Positions 38,289 through 48,933 are shown, counted from the first letter of the stretch. The stretch is DNA of 64,000 nucleotides from Armatimonadota bacterium (GCA_052386995.1 JBQTJP010000110.1:30481-94480); one strand, 5' to 3'. Numbers and translations: made by a program. Notes: a model not told the origin generated them from the letters alone.

Positions 38289-39023
38289 GGCAACACGCCA
38301 CGCCAACTTCCGATTCACCAGCCGGTGCGATTCTCTAGACGACCCTGGCACGATCTTCCCTCCCCTCTTGAACCACTGGCCGTTCTTCCGCTGCCCGTCC
38401 GTCAAGGACGAGATATTCCACCACCTCGCTCGTGATCGGATCGGTCCCCATGAAGAGACCGACGATCAGCCAGTCTTGGCCCCTATAGGCCAGGACATCG
38501 CCAATAGAGGGCGGCCGGTTCGGGCGGCCAAGACAATCACAAGCACGAACAGTAATTTGGGAGGTCACCTAATCTCCCCCCTGCGGCACATGCTCCCAAG
38601 ATGACTCTAGCGTAGCCTCCGGCACATGAGGCGACAATTCCCTGCAAGTGGGAATTAAGCACAAATTCGGGATGCTCCCGCGCTCCCCCTCTTGGGGGAT
38701 GCGATTGAAGCGTACGGGGGACTCAGGGGGTATCCAGCGGACAGAGAGCGTGGAGGGGAGCCGAATCCGGCCCAAACCTCGGCAGAATCTACCAGGAAGA
38801 CGCCTCGGAATTCCCGCGGGGCGGAGCGAAACTCGTCGTGGGGAGCCGTCGGCCGGCTCTGAGGGCGCCGAGCCCTGGAGAATTCCAGGTCTGGCGGGAC
38901 TCGACATACTAGGCTCTAGATAGGGGGACGTGGAATAGCCGTCGTAGGGCGCGCGGTTGTGAATATCGCGATCAATCGGCCCGGGCGAATGGTCCCAGAC
39001 GGCCGTACATCGTAGGAGGAGAA

Positions 39024-39947
39024 TTGCGTCGGAACGTTGTCATCCTGGGCGGGGGGCCGGCAGGCCTGACCGCGGCCATTTACGCCGCCCGCGCCAACCT
39101 GGCCCCCGTCGTCATCGAGGGCGCCGAGGCCGGCGGCCAGCTTATGCTGACGACGCTGGTCGAGAACTACCCAGGGTTTGAAGACGCCATCATGGGGCCC
39201 GCACTCATGCTGGCCATGCGGAAACAGGCCGAGCGCATCGGGGTGGAGTTCATCACCGAAGACGCTACGGAGATCGCGCTGGGTCAGTGGCCGTTCGCAG
39301 TTGCCACGCAATCCGGCCGACGCGTCGACGCGCGGGCCCTGATTGTGGCCACCGGGGCTTCGCCAAGACTCTTGGGTGTGCCGGGCGAGGCGCGCCTGAT
39401 GGGTCGCGGGGTCTCCACGTGCGCCACGTGCGATGGCTTCTTCTTCCGAAAGAAGGATGTGGTGGTGGTCGGGGGCGGGGATTCGGCCCTGGAAGAGGCG
39501 CTTTATCTGGGCAACCTGGCCAAGTCGGTGACCGTCGTCCACCGACGCGATGCGCTGCGGGCCAGCAAGATCATGCAGAATCGCGCGTTCGCCCACCCGG
39601 CGATCGGCTTTGTGTGGAACTCGGTCGTCGAGGACATCCTGGGCGACGGGGTCGTTCACGGCGTTCTGCTGCGCGACCTGAAAACCGAGGAGCGTGCCGA
39701 GCGCACGACCGACGGCGTCTTCGTGGCCATCGGGCATATCCCGAACACCGCGCTCTTTCGGGGTCAGCTGGAACTCGACGGGCTCGGGTACATCAAGGTC
39801 CGTGATGGGTCATTGACAAGCGTAGAGGGTGTCTTCGCCGCCGGAGACGCCCACGATCATACGTACCGCCAGGCCGTTACCGCCGCCGGGTATGGATGCA
39901 TGGCGGCGATCGACGCGGAGCGCTGGCTCCAGGGGCAACCCGCCTAG
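39024..39947 (+). CDS. trxB: Thioredoxin-disulfide reductase
   Basis: FAD GGGPAG motif, CATC redox centre and NADPH GGGDSA motif. TTG start with an AGGAGGA SD. Confidence 0.9.
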   Translation: MRRNVVILGGGPAGLTAAIYAARANLAPVVIEGAEAGGQLMLTTLVENYPGFEDAIMGPALMLAMRKQAERIGVEFITEDATEIALGQWPFAVATQSGRRVDARALIVATGASPRLLGVPGEARLMGRGVSTCATCDGFFFRKKDVVVVGGGDSALEEALYLGNLAKSVTVVHRRDALRASKIMQNRAFAHPAIGFVWNSVVEDILGDGVVHGVLLRDLKTEERAERTTDGVFVAIGHIPNTALFRGQLELDGLGYIKVRDGSLTSVEGVFAAGDAHDHTYRQAVTAAGYGCMAAIDAERWLQGQPA

Positions 39948-40294
39948 GTCGCAGCGCTACTGGACTGGGCTTGCAGCGCGCCTTCTAGACGGCGCTTGAG
40001 CTCCTGCTTGGGCATGAAGCCGACGATCCGTTCGACCAGCTCTCCACCCTTGAACACGCCGAGCGTCGGGATGCTCATGATGCTGTAACGCATGGCCAGG
40101 CTCGAATTGTCATCCACGTCGATCTTGACGACCTTCACCCGTCCCGCGTACTCCACGGCCAACTCTTCGACGATCGGCGCCACCATCCGGCATGGCCCGC
40201 ACCATTCAGCCCAGAAGTCAACGAGCACGGGTAATTCCGCCTTGGTGACCTCCTGCTCGAATGTGTTCACCGTCACTGCCAAGAGCGTTGCCAT
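39944..40294 (-). CDS. trxA: Thioredoxin
   Basis: WCGPC active site. Its stop codon overlaps the trxB stop (CTAG). Confidence 0.85.
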   Translation of the reverse strand: MATLLAVTVNTFEQEVTKAELPVLVDFWAEWCGPCRMVAPIVEELAVEYAGRVKVVKIDVDDNSSLAMRYSIMSIPTLGVFKGGELVERIVGFMPKQELKRRLEGALQAQSSSAAT

Positions 40295-40390
40295 CCCAAT
40301 CCTCCTCACATGATTCGGCAGGCGGCCGCCCGATACGCGACAACCGCTCCCCACGGTAGGGTATTCCCCCTGGCGGGTCAATCGGACGTC

Positions 40391-40912
40391 TCAGGCAACC
40401 GCCAGCGCGATGACCAGCAGCAGGAGGAGGGCGGCGCTGCCAAAGCATCCCAGGCGGCGGCGCCCCTCGCCCGTTGCGGAGCGGAGCGCTCCACGCGCCG
40501 ACAGCCTGGTGGCCTTGCGAAGCGAGGCGATCGCCTCGCTCGTCCTACCCAACTGCTTGTAGAGCCCGCCCAGATTCTGGTGAGCCACCCAGTAGTCGGG
40601 ATCCGCGGCTACCGCCCTCTCGTACGCCTCCAGCGCCCGCTCGATGCGCCCCGTTTCTCTGTACACGTTCCCCAAGTTGCTCCAGGCGGGAGCGTATCGC
40701 GGGCTGACTTCAACCGCCCGCGCGAACGCTCCCTCGGCCTCGTCCAGCCGCCGCTGATGAGCCAGGGCCACCCCGAGCTTGCTGAATGCGACCGCCGAGG
40801 TGGGGTCGATCTCGGCCGCGCGTCGAAACGCGGCCTCGGCTGCGGGCCACTCTCCCGCGTCGAGATGCTTCTCTCCTTCGGCCAGCTGAGGTGCGGCCGG
40901 TGCATGCGCCAT
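40391..40912 (-). CDS. TPR-repeat protein with a C-terminal TM anchor
   Basis: Four TPR-like 34-mers and a hydrophobic tail (AALLLLLVIALAVA). Confidence 0.55.
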   Translation of the reverse strand: MAHAPAAPQLAEGEKHLDAGEWPAAEAAFRRAAEIDPTSAVAFSKLGVALAHQRRLDEAEGAFARAVEVSPRYAPAWSNLGNVYRETGRIERALEAYERAVAADPDYWVAHQNLGGLYKQLGRTSEAIASLRKATRLSARGALRSATGEGRRRLGCFGSAALLLLLVIALAVA

Positions 40913-40958
40913 TTGGGGTCAGAAGAGGTTTCTTCGGCGGCGACGTGTTGCCCTTCGG

Positions 40959-41405
40959 CTACGCGGCCTCCGTCCGGCGGGCGGCCGCCCACAGGGGAAG
41001 ATCGGCGTAGCGCGGACGCGGCCTCACGGCGACGGAGGCCGCCCTGGCCGCGCGCGCCATCGAAGAAGGTGGCAGGTGGCGTATCCTGGCCTGGTGGAAC
41101 ACGTTGAGCAGTGCCCGCACCTGCAGGTAGGGCCCGATGACGTCCGCCGACGGCTGTTCGGTCCCTTCGACCTGTGCAACGACCTCCGGAGCATCGAGGG
41201 CCAGGTCCACCAGCTTTGCGCCGGCGCGCCTGGCCTCCCAGAGCCCGAGGACCAACGCACGGTAACCGGCCGGCGTCGAGTCGTGCGGCTCTAAACATCG
41301 CACGATGGTCTTCGACTCGTCCTCGCCGTCCCAGCGCAAGACCGCGGCCACAGCCCGGCGTCCGTTCCAGTCGGCGGAAGCCGCGGCCACGTGCAGCGTC
41401 CTCAT
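40959..41405 (-). CDS. RNase H-like (RVT_3 / RNase HI-fold) protein
   Basis: Weak resemblance to the RNase HI family: a DxxG-like N-terminus (HVAAASADWNG) and the right length. Its start overlaps the upstream small ORF. Confidence 0.4.
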   Translation of the reverse strand: MRTLHVAAASADWNGRRAVAAVLRWDGEDESKTIVRCLEPHDSTPAGYRALVLGLWEARRAGAKLVDLALDAPEVVAQVEGTEQPSADVIGPYLQVRALLNVFHQARIRHLPPSSMARAARAASVAVRPRPRYADLPLWAAARRTEAA

Positions 41406-41611
41406 GGCCAGGGTACCTCGAGGGCCGCGGCGACCACCGCGGTGACGAGAAGAAGAACGATCTTGGCCCTGATCGCCCGCCGGTCATCGGCGAGCAACGC
41501 GCAGATTTGTATCCCCATTTCTGCGGGTGACCGTGTGGCCATCGGACCCAGCCGGCCGGCTGCGCAGCGCCGATAAGCGGTGTGGACGGTGAACGGTTCG
41601 GTTCGGATCAT
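41402..41611 (-). CDS. Small hypothetical protein with a C-terminal hydrophobic helix
   Basis: 69-aa ORF whose start overlaps the lexA stop (4 nt) and whose stop overlaps the RNase H-like start. It could be non-coding. Confidence 0.25.
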   Translation of the reverse strand: MIRTEPFTVHTAYRRCAAGRLGPMATRSPAEMGIQICALLADDRRAIRAKIVLLLVTAVVAAALEVPWP

Positions 41612-42234
41612 GACACACCGAGAGGGTAGCGTCGCAGCAATCCCACGACTTTCCCCAGGATCTCAAACTCGCCGGTGATCGGCCCGTACGCGGGGCTCTC
41701 CGCACGGAGAACCGGGCAATCCTCAGACATGTCGAGGCGCTTCACGGTCGCCTCGTCGCCAAGCAGCGCAACGACCAGTTCGCCGGGCGCAGCGGTGGGC
41801 TGACAGCGGACGATGACGAGGTCCCCGTCAAAGATTCCTGCGCCGACCATGCTGTCCCCCCGAACCGTCAGCAAGAAGCACTCCTCACTCCAGCCGACAA
41901 AACGCCGCGGGATTGGAATCATCTCTTCAACGTGTTCCTGGGCTAACACGGGCACTCCCGCGGACACGCGCCCCACCAGGGGCAGTGAGACGATCTCTGT
42001 ACCCTCATGGAATATATCCCGCCCGGTGATCTCCAAAACCCGCATCCTGTCGCCATCCCGACGCAGGTACCCCTTGCGCGCCAGAGCCGTGAGGTGCTGG
42101 TGGACAGTCGACGGAGATCGCATGCCCAAGGCGTGCCCTATCTCCCGGACAGACGGAACGATGCCAGAGCGCCGAATGCTGGAAGCGATGTGCTGCAGGA
42201 TCTCTTGCTGGCGATCAGTCAGCGGCTGAGCCAT
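41608..42234 (-). CDS. lexA: LexA repressor
   Basis: N-terminal wHTH, Ala-Gly cleavage site (VSAGVP) and S24 peptidase Ser/Lys (GDSM...KRL). Confidence 0.9.
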   Translation of the reverse strand: MAQPLTDRQQEILQHIASSIRRSGIVPSVREIGHALGMRSPSTVHQHLTALARKGYLRRDGDRMRVLEITGRDIFHEGTEIVSLPLVGRVSAGVPVLAQEHVEEMIPIPRRFVGWSEECFLLTVRGDSMVGAGIFDGDLVIVRCQPTAAPGELVVALLGDEATVKRLDMSEDCPVLRAESPAYGPITGEFEILGKVVGLLRRYPLGVS

Positions 42235-42261
42235 CGGTTCACCCCTCAGACGCTATAATAG

Positions 42262-42275
42262 CGAACATATGTACG
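42262..42275. promoter_or_regulatory. LexA operator (Cheo-box type) 1
   Basis: CGAACATATGTACG, one mismatch from the CGAAC-N4-GTTCG palindrome, 28 nt upstream of the lexA start. It overlaps a TATAAT-like -10. Confidence 0.7.
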
Positions 42276-42296
42276 TCATGGCAAGGTTATTGTATA

Positions 42297-42310
42297 CGAA
42301 CATATGTACG
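42297..42310. promoter_or_regulatory. LexA operator (Cheo-box type) 2
   Basis: Identical 14-mer CGAACATATGTACG, 35 nt from box 1. Confidence 0.7.
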
Positions 42311-42401
42311 CTATAAGGTGCCTGTACGACGGTACGCGTGATCTCGGGCCCGGACGCCTGTTTTCGCGCCCGCACGGGGCCGCGCGGCGTGTCTTGGGGG
42401 T

Positions 42402-43349
42402 TCAGCGGGTCTGCGACAGAAGTGCCGCGAGAAGACTCGGGTCGAGGTTGCCGCCGCTGATAACCGCGAGAGCAGGGCGTTGGAGGACGAGGCCGCCCAG
42501 GAGCGCCGCTACCGCGATCGCCCCGGATGGCTCGACCACCAGGTGGGCCTCGACACACAGGCGACGAACGGCATCGAGGATCCACTCATCATCCACGCTC
42601 ACGAACGCGTCGACGTATTGGGACGTAGCGTCCCATGTCAGCAGACCAGGCTGCTGCCCCCTGAGGCCGTCGGCGATGGTCGCGACCGACGGGACGGTCA
42701 CCCGTGTGCCCGCCGCACGCGAGGCCGCGAAGCGGGCCACGGATTGCGGCTCGGCCCCGATGACCTGGATCGACGGCCTTAGCGCCTTGATCGCGAGCGC
42801 GATCCCGGAGATCAATCCACCTCCCCCGGTCGGCACAACGACGGCGGAGACCTCCGGGCACTGATCGAGGATTTCCAATCCGCAGGTGCCCTGGCCTGCG
42901 ATCACCAGGGGATCATCGAATGACGGGACCAGGTGCAGCCCGCGCTCTTTCGCAAGCCGCGCGGCCAGGGCTGAGCGCTCCGGCATTGTCGTGCCGCACC
43001 GGATCATCTCCGCGCCGTAGCGAGCGATCCCCGCCTGCTTCAACTGCGTCACCGTCTCCGGGACCACGATGACGGCCGGCACGCCCACGCGCGAGGCCAT
43101 GTAGGCTACGGCCTGCCCGTGATTCCCTGACGATGCCGCAACGACGCCTTTGATCCCCGCGCCCATCGCCCGGAGATGATTGGAGGCACCACGCACCTTG
43201 AACGACCCGGTGGGCTGAAGGCTCTCGAGCTTCAGCCACAGGTCCGAGGCCTGATCCCAGGGGTGGATTGGAGTGCGCCGGACATCAGACGCGACGCGCG
43301 CCGCCGCAGCTCTAACCTCTGCAATCGTCGGAAGGATCCCGGCGCTCAC
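42402..43349 (-). CDS. PLP-dependent threonine/serine dehydratase (catabolic type, no ACT domain)
   Basis: PS00165-like SFKVRGA lysine motif and a glycine-rich loop (GGGGLISG). A GTG start is assumed near the gcvPB stop. Confidence 0.7.
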   Translation of the reverse strand: MSAGILPTIAEVRAAAARVASDVRRTPIHPWDQASDLWLKLESLQPTGSFKVRGASNHLRAMGAGIKGVVAASSGNHGQAVAYMASRVGVPAVIVVPETVTQLKQAGIARYGAEMIRCGTTMPERSALAARLAKERGLHLVPSFDDPLVIAGQGTCGLEILDQCPEVSAVVVPTGGGGLISGIALAIKALRPSIQVIGAEPQSVARFAASRAAGTRVTVPSVATIADGLRGQQPGLLTWDATSQYVDAFVSVDDEWILDAVRRLCVEAHLVVEPSGAIAVAALLGGLVLQRPALAVISGGNLDPSLLAALLSQTR

Positions 43350-44824
43350 CCGCCGCGCCCGGGTGATCCGGGCGGCCGCCAGCGCAGATCTGGGCGCCGC
43401 GCGGCCGCGACCTCGTCGAGCCTGCTGACAACCGTTCGATGGGGGGCCGTGCGCACGGTCTCGGGATCTGAGGCGCACTCTTCGGCCACACGCATCATCG
43501 CGTCCGCAAACGCGTCGAGCGTCTGCCGGCTTTCGGTCTCTGTCGGCTCGATCATGATCGCCTCATCGACGATGAGCGGGAAGTAGATCGTCGGCGCGTG
43601 GAACCCGTAGTCCAGCAGGCGCTTGGCGATGTCCAGCGTCCGCACGCCGTGCCGTGTCTTCTGCCGCCGGCCCGACAGCACGAACTCGTGCATACACACC
43701 CGGTCGTAGGGGAGATCGAAGTACGGGCGGAGGCGCGCCAGCAGGTAGTTTGCGTTGAGCACCGCCGCCTCGGAGACCTGGCGCAGCAGCGGTCCGTAGG
43801 CTCGCAGATACGCGTACGCGCGCACGAGCACGCCGAAGTTGCCCGCAAACGCGCGCACGCGCCCGATGCTCTTCGGCCGATCGTGATCGAGACGGAATCC
43901 TTCGCCATCGCGTTCGACGATGGGGACCGGCAGGTACGGCTCCAGCCGCCGCTTGACGGCGACCGGTCCGGCCCCGGGGCCACCGCCGCCGTGCGGAGTG
44001 CTGAACGTCTTGTGCACATTCATGTGCATGACGTCGAATCCCTGATCGCCGGGCCGTGTGACGCCGAGCACCGCGTTGAAATTTGCGCCGTCGAGGTAGA
44101 GCAGCGCCCCACACCCATGGACGATCTCCGCCACTTCGGTGATACCTTCCTCGAACAGGCCAAGCGTGTTGGGATTGGTGAGCATCAAGGCCGCGACCGA
44201 CTCATCGGCCGCGCGGCGGAGCGCGGCGTGATCGATATTCCCCCGCGCGTCGCTGGGAACCGTCACCACCGTATAGCCGCACATCGCGGCGGAGGCCGGG
44301 TTGGTCCCGTGCGCCGAGTCGGGCACGATGACGCGTGTGCGGCGCTCGCCGCGGTCGTCGTGAAACGCCCGAATCATCATCAACGCCGTCAGCTCGCCGT
44401 GCGCGCCGGCGGCGGGCTGGAAGGTCACGCGGTCCATGCCACTGATCTCGCAGAGCATCTGCTCGAGATGCCACAGGAGCTCCAGCGCCCCCTGCGCCTG
44501 GGCGTCCGGCGTGTTCGGGTGCAGGCGCGCGAATCCCGGCAGCCGCGCCGCGTCTTCGTTGACCTTCGGATTGTATTTCATCGTGCACGAACCCAGGGGA
44601 TAGAATCCCGTGTCGATCGCGTAGTTGCGGTGCGACAGGCGCGTGTAGTGCCGGACGAGATCGGGTTCGCTCACCTCTGGTAGGGCCGCCGGATCGCGAC
44701 GCAGGTGGTCGGCGCCGACGATGTCCTCCAGCGGCACTTCGGGAACACCGGCATCGGGCAGCGAGGCGGCAATGCGCCCGGAGACGCTGTGCTCGAAGAT
44801 CAGAGGAAAGTTGGGGCCGGTCAC
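43346..44824 (-). CDS. gcvPB: Glycine dehydrogenase (decarboxylating) subunit 2
   Basis: PLP-lysine region ([16 protein letters not shown]); split P-protein. Confidence 0.9.
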   Translation of the reverse strand: MTGPNFPLIFEHSVSGRIAASLPDAGVPEVPLEDIVGADHLRRDPAALPEVSEPDLVRHYTRLSHRNYAIDTGFYPLGSCTMKYNPKVNEDAARLPGFARLHPNTPDAQAQGALELLWHLEQMLCEISGMDRVTFQPAAGAHGELTALMMIRAFHDDRGERRTRVIVPDSAHGTNPASAAMCGYTVVTVPSDARGNIDHAALRRAADESVAALMLTNPNTLGLFEEGITEVAEIVHGCGALLYLDGANFNAVLGVTRPGDQGFDVMHMNVHKTFSTPHGGGGPGAGPVAVKRRLEPYLPVPIVERDGEGFRLDHDRPKSIGRVRAFAGNFGVLVRAYAYLRAYGPLLRQVSEAAVLNANYLLARLRPYFDLPYDRVCMHEFVLSGRRQKTRHGVRTLDIAKRLLDYGFHAPTIYFPLIVDEAIMIEPTETESRQTLDAFADAMMRVAEECASDPETVRTAPHRTVVSRLDEVAAARRPDLRWRPPGSPGRGG

Positions 44825-46218
44825 TGCCGCGTGACCCGCACGACCGACCCGATCACGGCGGTAACGGCGTCCACCAGGGCGTCGATCTGCGCGGGGGTGC
44901 GCGCTTCCGTGACGCAGACCAGCCAGCCGTCACTCAAATTTGGATACCACCGGTGAAGCGCGAGCCCGCCGAGAATGCCGTGGTCGAGAAGACGCGCGTT
45001 CAACTCGTCGGGAGGCATCGGCACCCGCAGAACGAACTCGTTGAAGATCGGCCCATCAAAGGCGGCGCGAATCCCCGGCACGGCGCAGAGTCGTTGCCGC
45101 GCATAGTGCGCGCGGCGTGCGTTCACTTCCGCGACCCGACGCATACCCGTACGCCCCAGCGCCGCCATGTAGACGGACGCGGCCAGCGCGTTGAGCGCCT
45201 CATTGGTACAGATGTTGCTGGTCGCCTTCTCCCGCCGGATGTGTTGCTCGCGCGTCTGCAGGGTTAACACAAAGCCGCGCCGTCCATCGCGATCGGTCGT
45301 CACGCCAACTAGCCGTCCCGGCATGCGGCGAACGAACGCCTCGCGCGTAGCCAGCATTCCGAGGTAGGGGCCACCGAAGTTGAGATAGTTGCCCAGGGGC
45401 TGGCCTTCGCCGGCGATGATGTCGGCGCCGTAGGCGCCCGGCGGCTTCAGCAGCCCGAGACTGATAGGATCGGCGATCCCCACGACCAGCAGCGCGCCGG
45501 CGTCGTGCGCCGCCTCCGCGAGGGCCGGCCCGTCTTCTATGCAGCCGAAGACCGTGGGCGACTGCACCATCACCGCCGCGGTGTTGGGCCCAAGCGTTGT
45601 GCGGAGCCCGTCGAGCGGAGTGCGGCCGTCCCGATGCGGGACTTCGATGACGCGCACCCCTAGATGCCGCGTGTAGGTCCGCAGCACCTCGCGGTAGTGT
45701 GGGTGGACGGCGGTCGACACCACGACCTCGTCGCGCCTGGTGAGATCGCGGGCCATGACCGCGGCCTCACCGAAGGCGCTCGCACCGTCATACATGGAGG
45801 CGTTCGCCACATCCATGGCCGTGAGCTCGCACAGCATGGACTGGTACTCGTAGGCGGCCTGGAGCTCGCCCTGCATGATCTCGGCCTGGTACGGCGTGTA
45901 CGCCGTGTAGAACTCCGCGCGCCCGGCCAGGTGCCAGACGACGCTGGGAATGTGATGGTCGTAGGCGCCGGCCCCAAGAAAACTCACGAGCCGGTCGGCA
46001 TGCCCGTTGCGCTCGGAGAGCGCGCGGAGGTGCGCCAGCAGATCAGCGTCGGTGAGCGCCGGCGGCAGCGCGAGCGGCCGCCGCAGGCGCACGGCGGCCG
46101 GGATCTCAGCCAGCAGGTCTTCGACCGACGACCGCCCGATGGCCCGCAGCATCTCGTCGCGCTCGGCAGCCGTGAGCGGCAGATACTTGTGCGGGTGCCA
46201 GGTGGACGACGAACTCAT
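44821..46218 (-). CDS. gcvPA: Glycine dehydrogenase (decarboxylating) subunit 1
   Basis: GcvP N-terminal half motifs. The start is [14 protein letters not shown]. Confidence 0.9.
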   Translation of the reverse strand: MSSSSTWHPHKYLPLTAAERDEMLRAIGRSSVEDLLAEIPAAVRLRRPLALPPALTDADLLAHLRALSERNGHADRLVSFLGAGAYDHHIPSVVWHLAGRAEFYTAYTPYQAEIMQGELQAAYEYQSMLCELTAMDVANASMYDGASAFGEAAVMARDLTRRDEVVVSTAVHPHYREVLRTYTRHLGVRVIEVPHRDGRTPLDGLRTTLGPNTAAVMVQSPTVFGCIEDGPALAEAAHDAGALLVVGIADPISLGLLKPPGAYGADIIAGEGQPLGNYLNFGGPYLGMLATREAFVRRMPGRLVGVTTDRDGRRGFVLTLQTREQHIRREKATSNICTNEALNALAASVYMAALGRTGMRRVAEVNARRAHYARQRLCAVPGIRAAFDGPIFNEFVLRVPMPPDELNARLLDHGILGGLALHRWYPNLSDGWLVCVTEARTPAQIDALVDAVTAVIGSVVRVTRQ

Positions 46219-46604
46219 GCGCCCGCGGCTCCCACGAGTTTGACATACGCGTCGGCCGAGAGGAGTTGATCCCACTCCGAGGCATGCGCCGCGGGCTCGA
46301 CGACGATCATCCAGGCGGCGCCGTGGGGATCCTGATTGATGAGCTCGGGATTGTCGGACAGCGCCGTATTCGCATCGACCACTCGACCGGAGACCGGCGC
46401 GAACAGGTCGTTGGCGGCTTTGACCGACTCAATCACGCCGAATGGCTGCATCGCGCGCACCTCGGCCCCCACTTGGGGAAGCTCGATGAAGACGACGTCG
46501 CTCAGCCGGTCGGCGGCGAACTTTGTGATGCCGATGCGAATCCGGCCATCCTCCTTCTTGGCCCATTCGTGCTCCTGCGTATACCGGCGGTCGTCTGGAT
46601 ACAT
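46215..46604 (-). CDS. gcvH: Glycine cleavage system H protein
   Basis: Lipoyl-lysine motif (ESVKAANDLFAPVSG). Confidence 0.9.
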   Translation of the reverse strand: MYPDDRRYTQEHEWAKKEDGRIRIGITKFAADRLSDVVFIELPQVGAEVRAMQPFGVIESVKAANDLFAPVSGRVVDANTALSDNPELINQDPHGAAWMIVVEPAAHASEWDQLLSADAYVKLVGAAGA

Positions 46605-46607
46605 GCG

Positions 46608-47729
46608 TCACCTCGCCGAGCCGCTGGCTCGCGGGCGTTTGTAGAACGGCAGCCGAACCACGCGCGCCTGCGCGATCTTGCCGCGGACCTCTATGCCGAG
46701 ATCGGCTCCCACCGATGAAAACGCCAGGGGCACGTAGCCCAACCCCAACGGCCGTCGCAGGAACGGTGCAAATGTTCCGCTGGTCACCTCGCCGAGTCTC
46801 TGGCCGTCGGCGGAGATCGTATAGTGCTGCCGGGGAATCGCCTGTCCGGTCGACTCGAACCCAACCAGACGCCGCGTCACGCCCTCGGTGCGCTGCCGCT
46901 GCAACACCTCGCGCCCGATGAACGGCCCCTTGTCCAACTTCACCGTCCAGCCGAGCGGGGCCTCCAGGGGTGAGGTCGTCTCGTCGATATCCTGGCCGTA
47001 CAGCATCAGCCCGGCCTCCAGCCGCAGCGTGTCCCTGGCGCCCAGACCGGCGGGCTGCAACCCAACCGGCGTGCCCGCGTCGATGAGCGCGGCCCAGACT
47101 GCGGGCGCGTCATCCCACGGGCACGCAATCTCGAAGCCATCTTCTCCCGTATACCCGGAACGCATGATCGTCAACGGTATCCCGCGAAGCGCCACATCGT
47201 CGCGCAGGTGAAACGGAGGCAACCGCGACAAGTCCACATCGGCCGCGGCCGACAGCACCGCCTCCGCGCGCGGCCCCTGCAGCGCCAGCAACGCCGTTTC
47301 ATCGGAGGCGTCCCTCACCGCGGTGCCCCCGGCATGCTCCTGTATCCACGCCAGGACCTTCGCACGCGTGGAGGCATTGACGACCGAGAGGTAGGCGCGC
47401 TCAGCGGTCCGGAAGACGGTCACATCATCGATGATCCCGCCCTCGGGCGTGCACATCGGCGTGTACAGCCCCCGTCCAACGGTGAGGCGCGCGGCGTCGT
47501 TGGCGATCACGCGCTGCACGAGCTCGAGCGCTCCGGTACCCTCGATCCGAATCTCGCCCATGTGCGAGACGTCGAAGACGCCCGCCCGCGTGCGCACGGC
47601 CATGTGCTCCTCGCCGACACCGGCATACTGCACCGGCATCTCCCAGCCCGCGAACGGCACCATGCGGGCGCCGGCGGCGACATGGGCTGCGTAGAGCGCC
47701 GTGCGTCGAAGCGAAGCGTCCGTTGACAC
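46608..47729 (-). CDS. gcvT: Glycine cleavage system aminomethyltransferase T
   Basis: GcvT family length and motifs. Confidence 0.9.
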   Translation of the reverse strand: MSTDASLRRTALYAAHVAAGARMVPFAGWEMPVQYAGVGEEHMAVRTRAGVFDVSHMGEIRIEGTGALELVQRVIANDAARLTVGRGLYTPMCTPEGGIIDDVTVFRTAERAYLSVVNASTRAKVLAWIQEHAGGTAVRDASDETALLALQGPRAEAVLSAAADVDLSRLPPFHLRDDVALRGIPLTIMRSGYTGEDGFEIACPWDDAPAVWAALIDAGTPVGLQPAGLGARDTLRLEAGLMLYGQDIDETTSPLEAPLGWTVKLDKGPFIGREVLQRQRTEGVTRRLVGFESTGQAIPRQHYTISADGQRLGEVTSGTFAPFLRRPLGLGYVPLAFSSVGADLGIEVRGKIAQARVVRLPFYKRPRASGSAR

Positions 47730-47740
47730 GTGTCCCGCAC

Positions 47741-48379
47741 CTAGGGATTGCCGGCGAGTCGTTCGGCCAAAAGCGCCGTAACCTCACCGTCATCCACCTG
47801 CACGAAATTCTCATAGAACTGACCGACCGCGTGAAAGATCGCCGGGGACGCGAGACACACGACTTCATCCGCCTCCCGCGCAAGCCGCACGATGCCCTCC
47901 GGCGGGGCAACGGGAACGGCGGCAACGAGTCGGGCCGGCGCCATGGCGCGCACGGCGCGCAGCGCCGCGATCATGGTCGCGCCGGTCGCGATGCCGTCAT
48001 CGACGACGATCGCGGCCCGGCCCTCCAGCGATGAAATCGGGCGGTCGCCGCGATAGACCTGCACGCGCCGCGCAATCTCCGCGCGCTGCGCCGCGATCTC
48101 CTGGGCCAGGTACCCGGCCCCGATTCCACGGGCGATTGCGTCGTCGATGAAGACGGCGCCTCCTTCGGCCACTGCACCGATGGCGAGTTCGGGATTGTAG
48201 GGCGCGCGCAGCTTGCGCGGGACGATCACGTCGAGCGGGGCCCGCAGATGCGCCGCCACTTCGTGTCCCACCACCACGCCCCCGCGAGGCACGGCGATGA
48301 CGAGCGGACGGCGGTCGCGCAGATGATCGAGCGCCGCGGCCAGACGGCGACCCGCATCACGCCGGTCAACGAAGACCAT
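47741..48379 (-). CDS. Type I phosphoribosyltransferase-family protein
   Basis: PRPP-binding motif VVDDGIATGATM. Confidence 0.7.
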   Translation of the reverse strand: MVFVDRRDAGRRLAAALDHLRDRRPLVIAVPRGGVVVGHEVAAHLRAPLDVIVPRKLRAPYNPELAIGAVAEGGAVFIDDAIARGIGAGYLAQEIAAQRAEIARRVQVYRGDRPISSLEGRAAIVVDDGIATGATMIAALRAVRAMAPARLVAAVPVAPPEGIVRLAREADEVVCLASPAIFHAVGQFYENFVQVDDGEVTALLAERLAGNP

Positions 48380-48391
48380 CTGGGCGTCTTC

Positions 48392-48850
48392 CTACGTCTG
48401 GGCGATCGCGCGCTGCTCTTCCTCCGACAGGGTGAGCGTCGATCGACCGCTGCTCACGGGCTTCGCGTAGGCGCGGGCGCCGTCACGACCGTTGATAACG
48501 CTCAGCACCACCCCATCTTGCCGCTTATTGAGCAGCGCCAGGCTGAAACTGAGCTGCCCGCCCGCTCCGTGAAAGGCATCGTACCGGACGACGCCCACCC
48601 GCTGCACGCTGCGCTCGGCCTGCTGGACCGCTTCATCGACCCGCGCCGCCAGTTGCTCGAGGCGTCGTGCCGCGGTGCCGAGATCGCGTTCCACGGTGAC
48701 CAGCCGTTCCAGAATCTTCGGGTCGCCGGTTGTCACGGCAACGCGCCGTTCCAGGGTTCGCAGACGCGCGCCTGCGGACACGATTGCCGTGGCGAGCACG
48801 GCGCATGCGATCAGGGCCAGGGCGGTCCAAGCATCAGGACCTGCGGACAT
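48392..48850 (-). CDS. DUF4446-like membrane-anchored coiled-coil protein
   Basis: N-terminal TM helix plus a coiled-coil region. The family is often found near parAB. Confidence 0.45.
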   Translation of the reverse strand: MSAGPDAWTALALIACAVLATAIVSAGARLRTLERRVAVTTGDPKILERLVTVERDLGTAARRLEQLAARVDEAVQQAERSVQRVGVVRYDAFHGAGGQLSFSLALLNKRQDGVVLSVINGRDGARAYAKPVSSGRSTLTLSEEEQRAIAQT

Positions 48851-48933
48851 CGTCGATTTTCGCCTCCGCGGACAGGACTCCGTTCTTCCACGATATCGGG
48901 GGCAACTCCTGTCCTACACCGCGTCGTGCAGGC

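Noticed and set aside
38648-38923. Short ORFs (91-112 aa) in the wza-trxB intergenic region
   Set aside because: No domains, implausible composition and mutual overlap. The region is better explained as a non-coding leader or divergent promoter region.
42330-42400. Intrinsic terminator after the dehydratase/gcv operon (CGGGCCCG ... UGUUUUCG)
   Set aside because: The palindromic GC segments do not form a clean stem followed by a U-tract on the relevant (minus) strand. It is too ambiguous to list as a feature.
47730-47740. Expected glycine riboswitch upstream of gcvT
   Set aside because: Only 11 nt separate gcvT from the upstream PRTase gene. No GGAGAG / CACCG / GACUC glycine-aptamer elements were seen here or in the 48851-48933 gap, which has only a simple 8-bp hairpin (GGACAGGA...UCCUGUCC) before the DUF4446-like gene.
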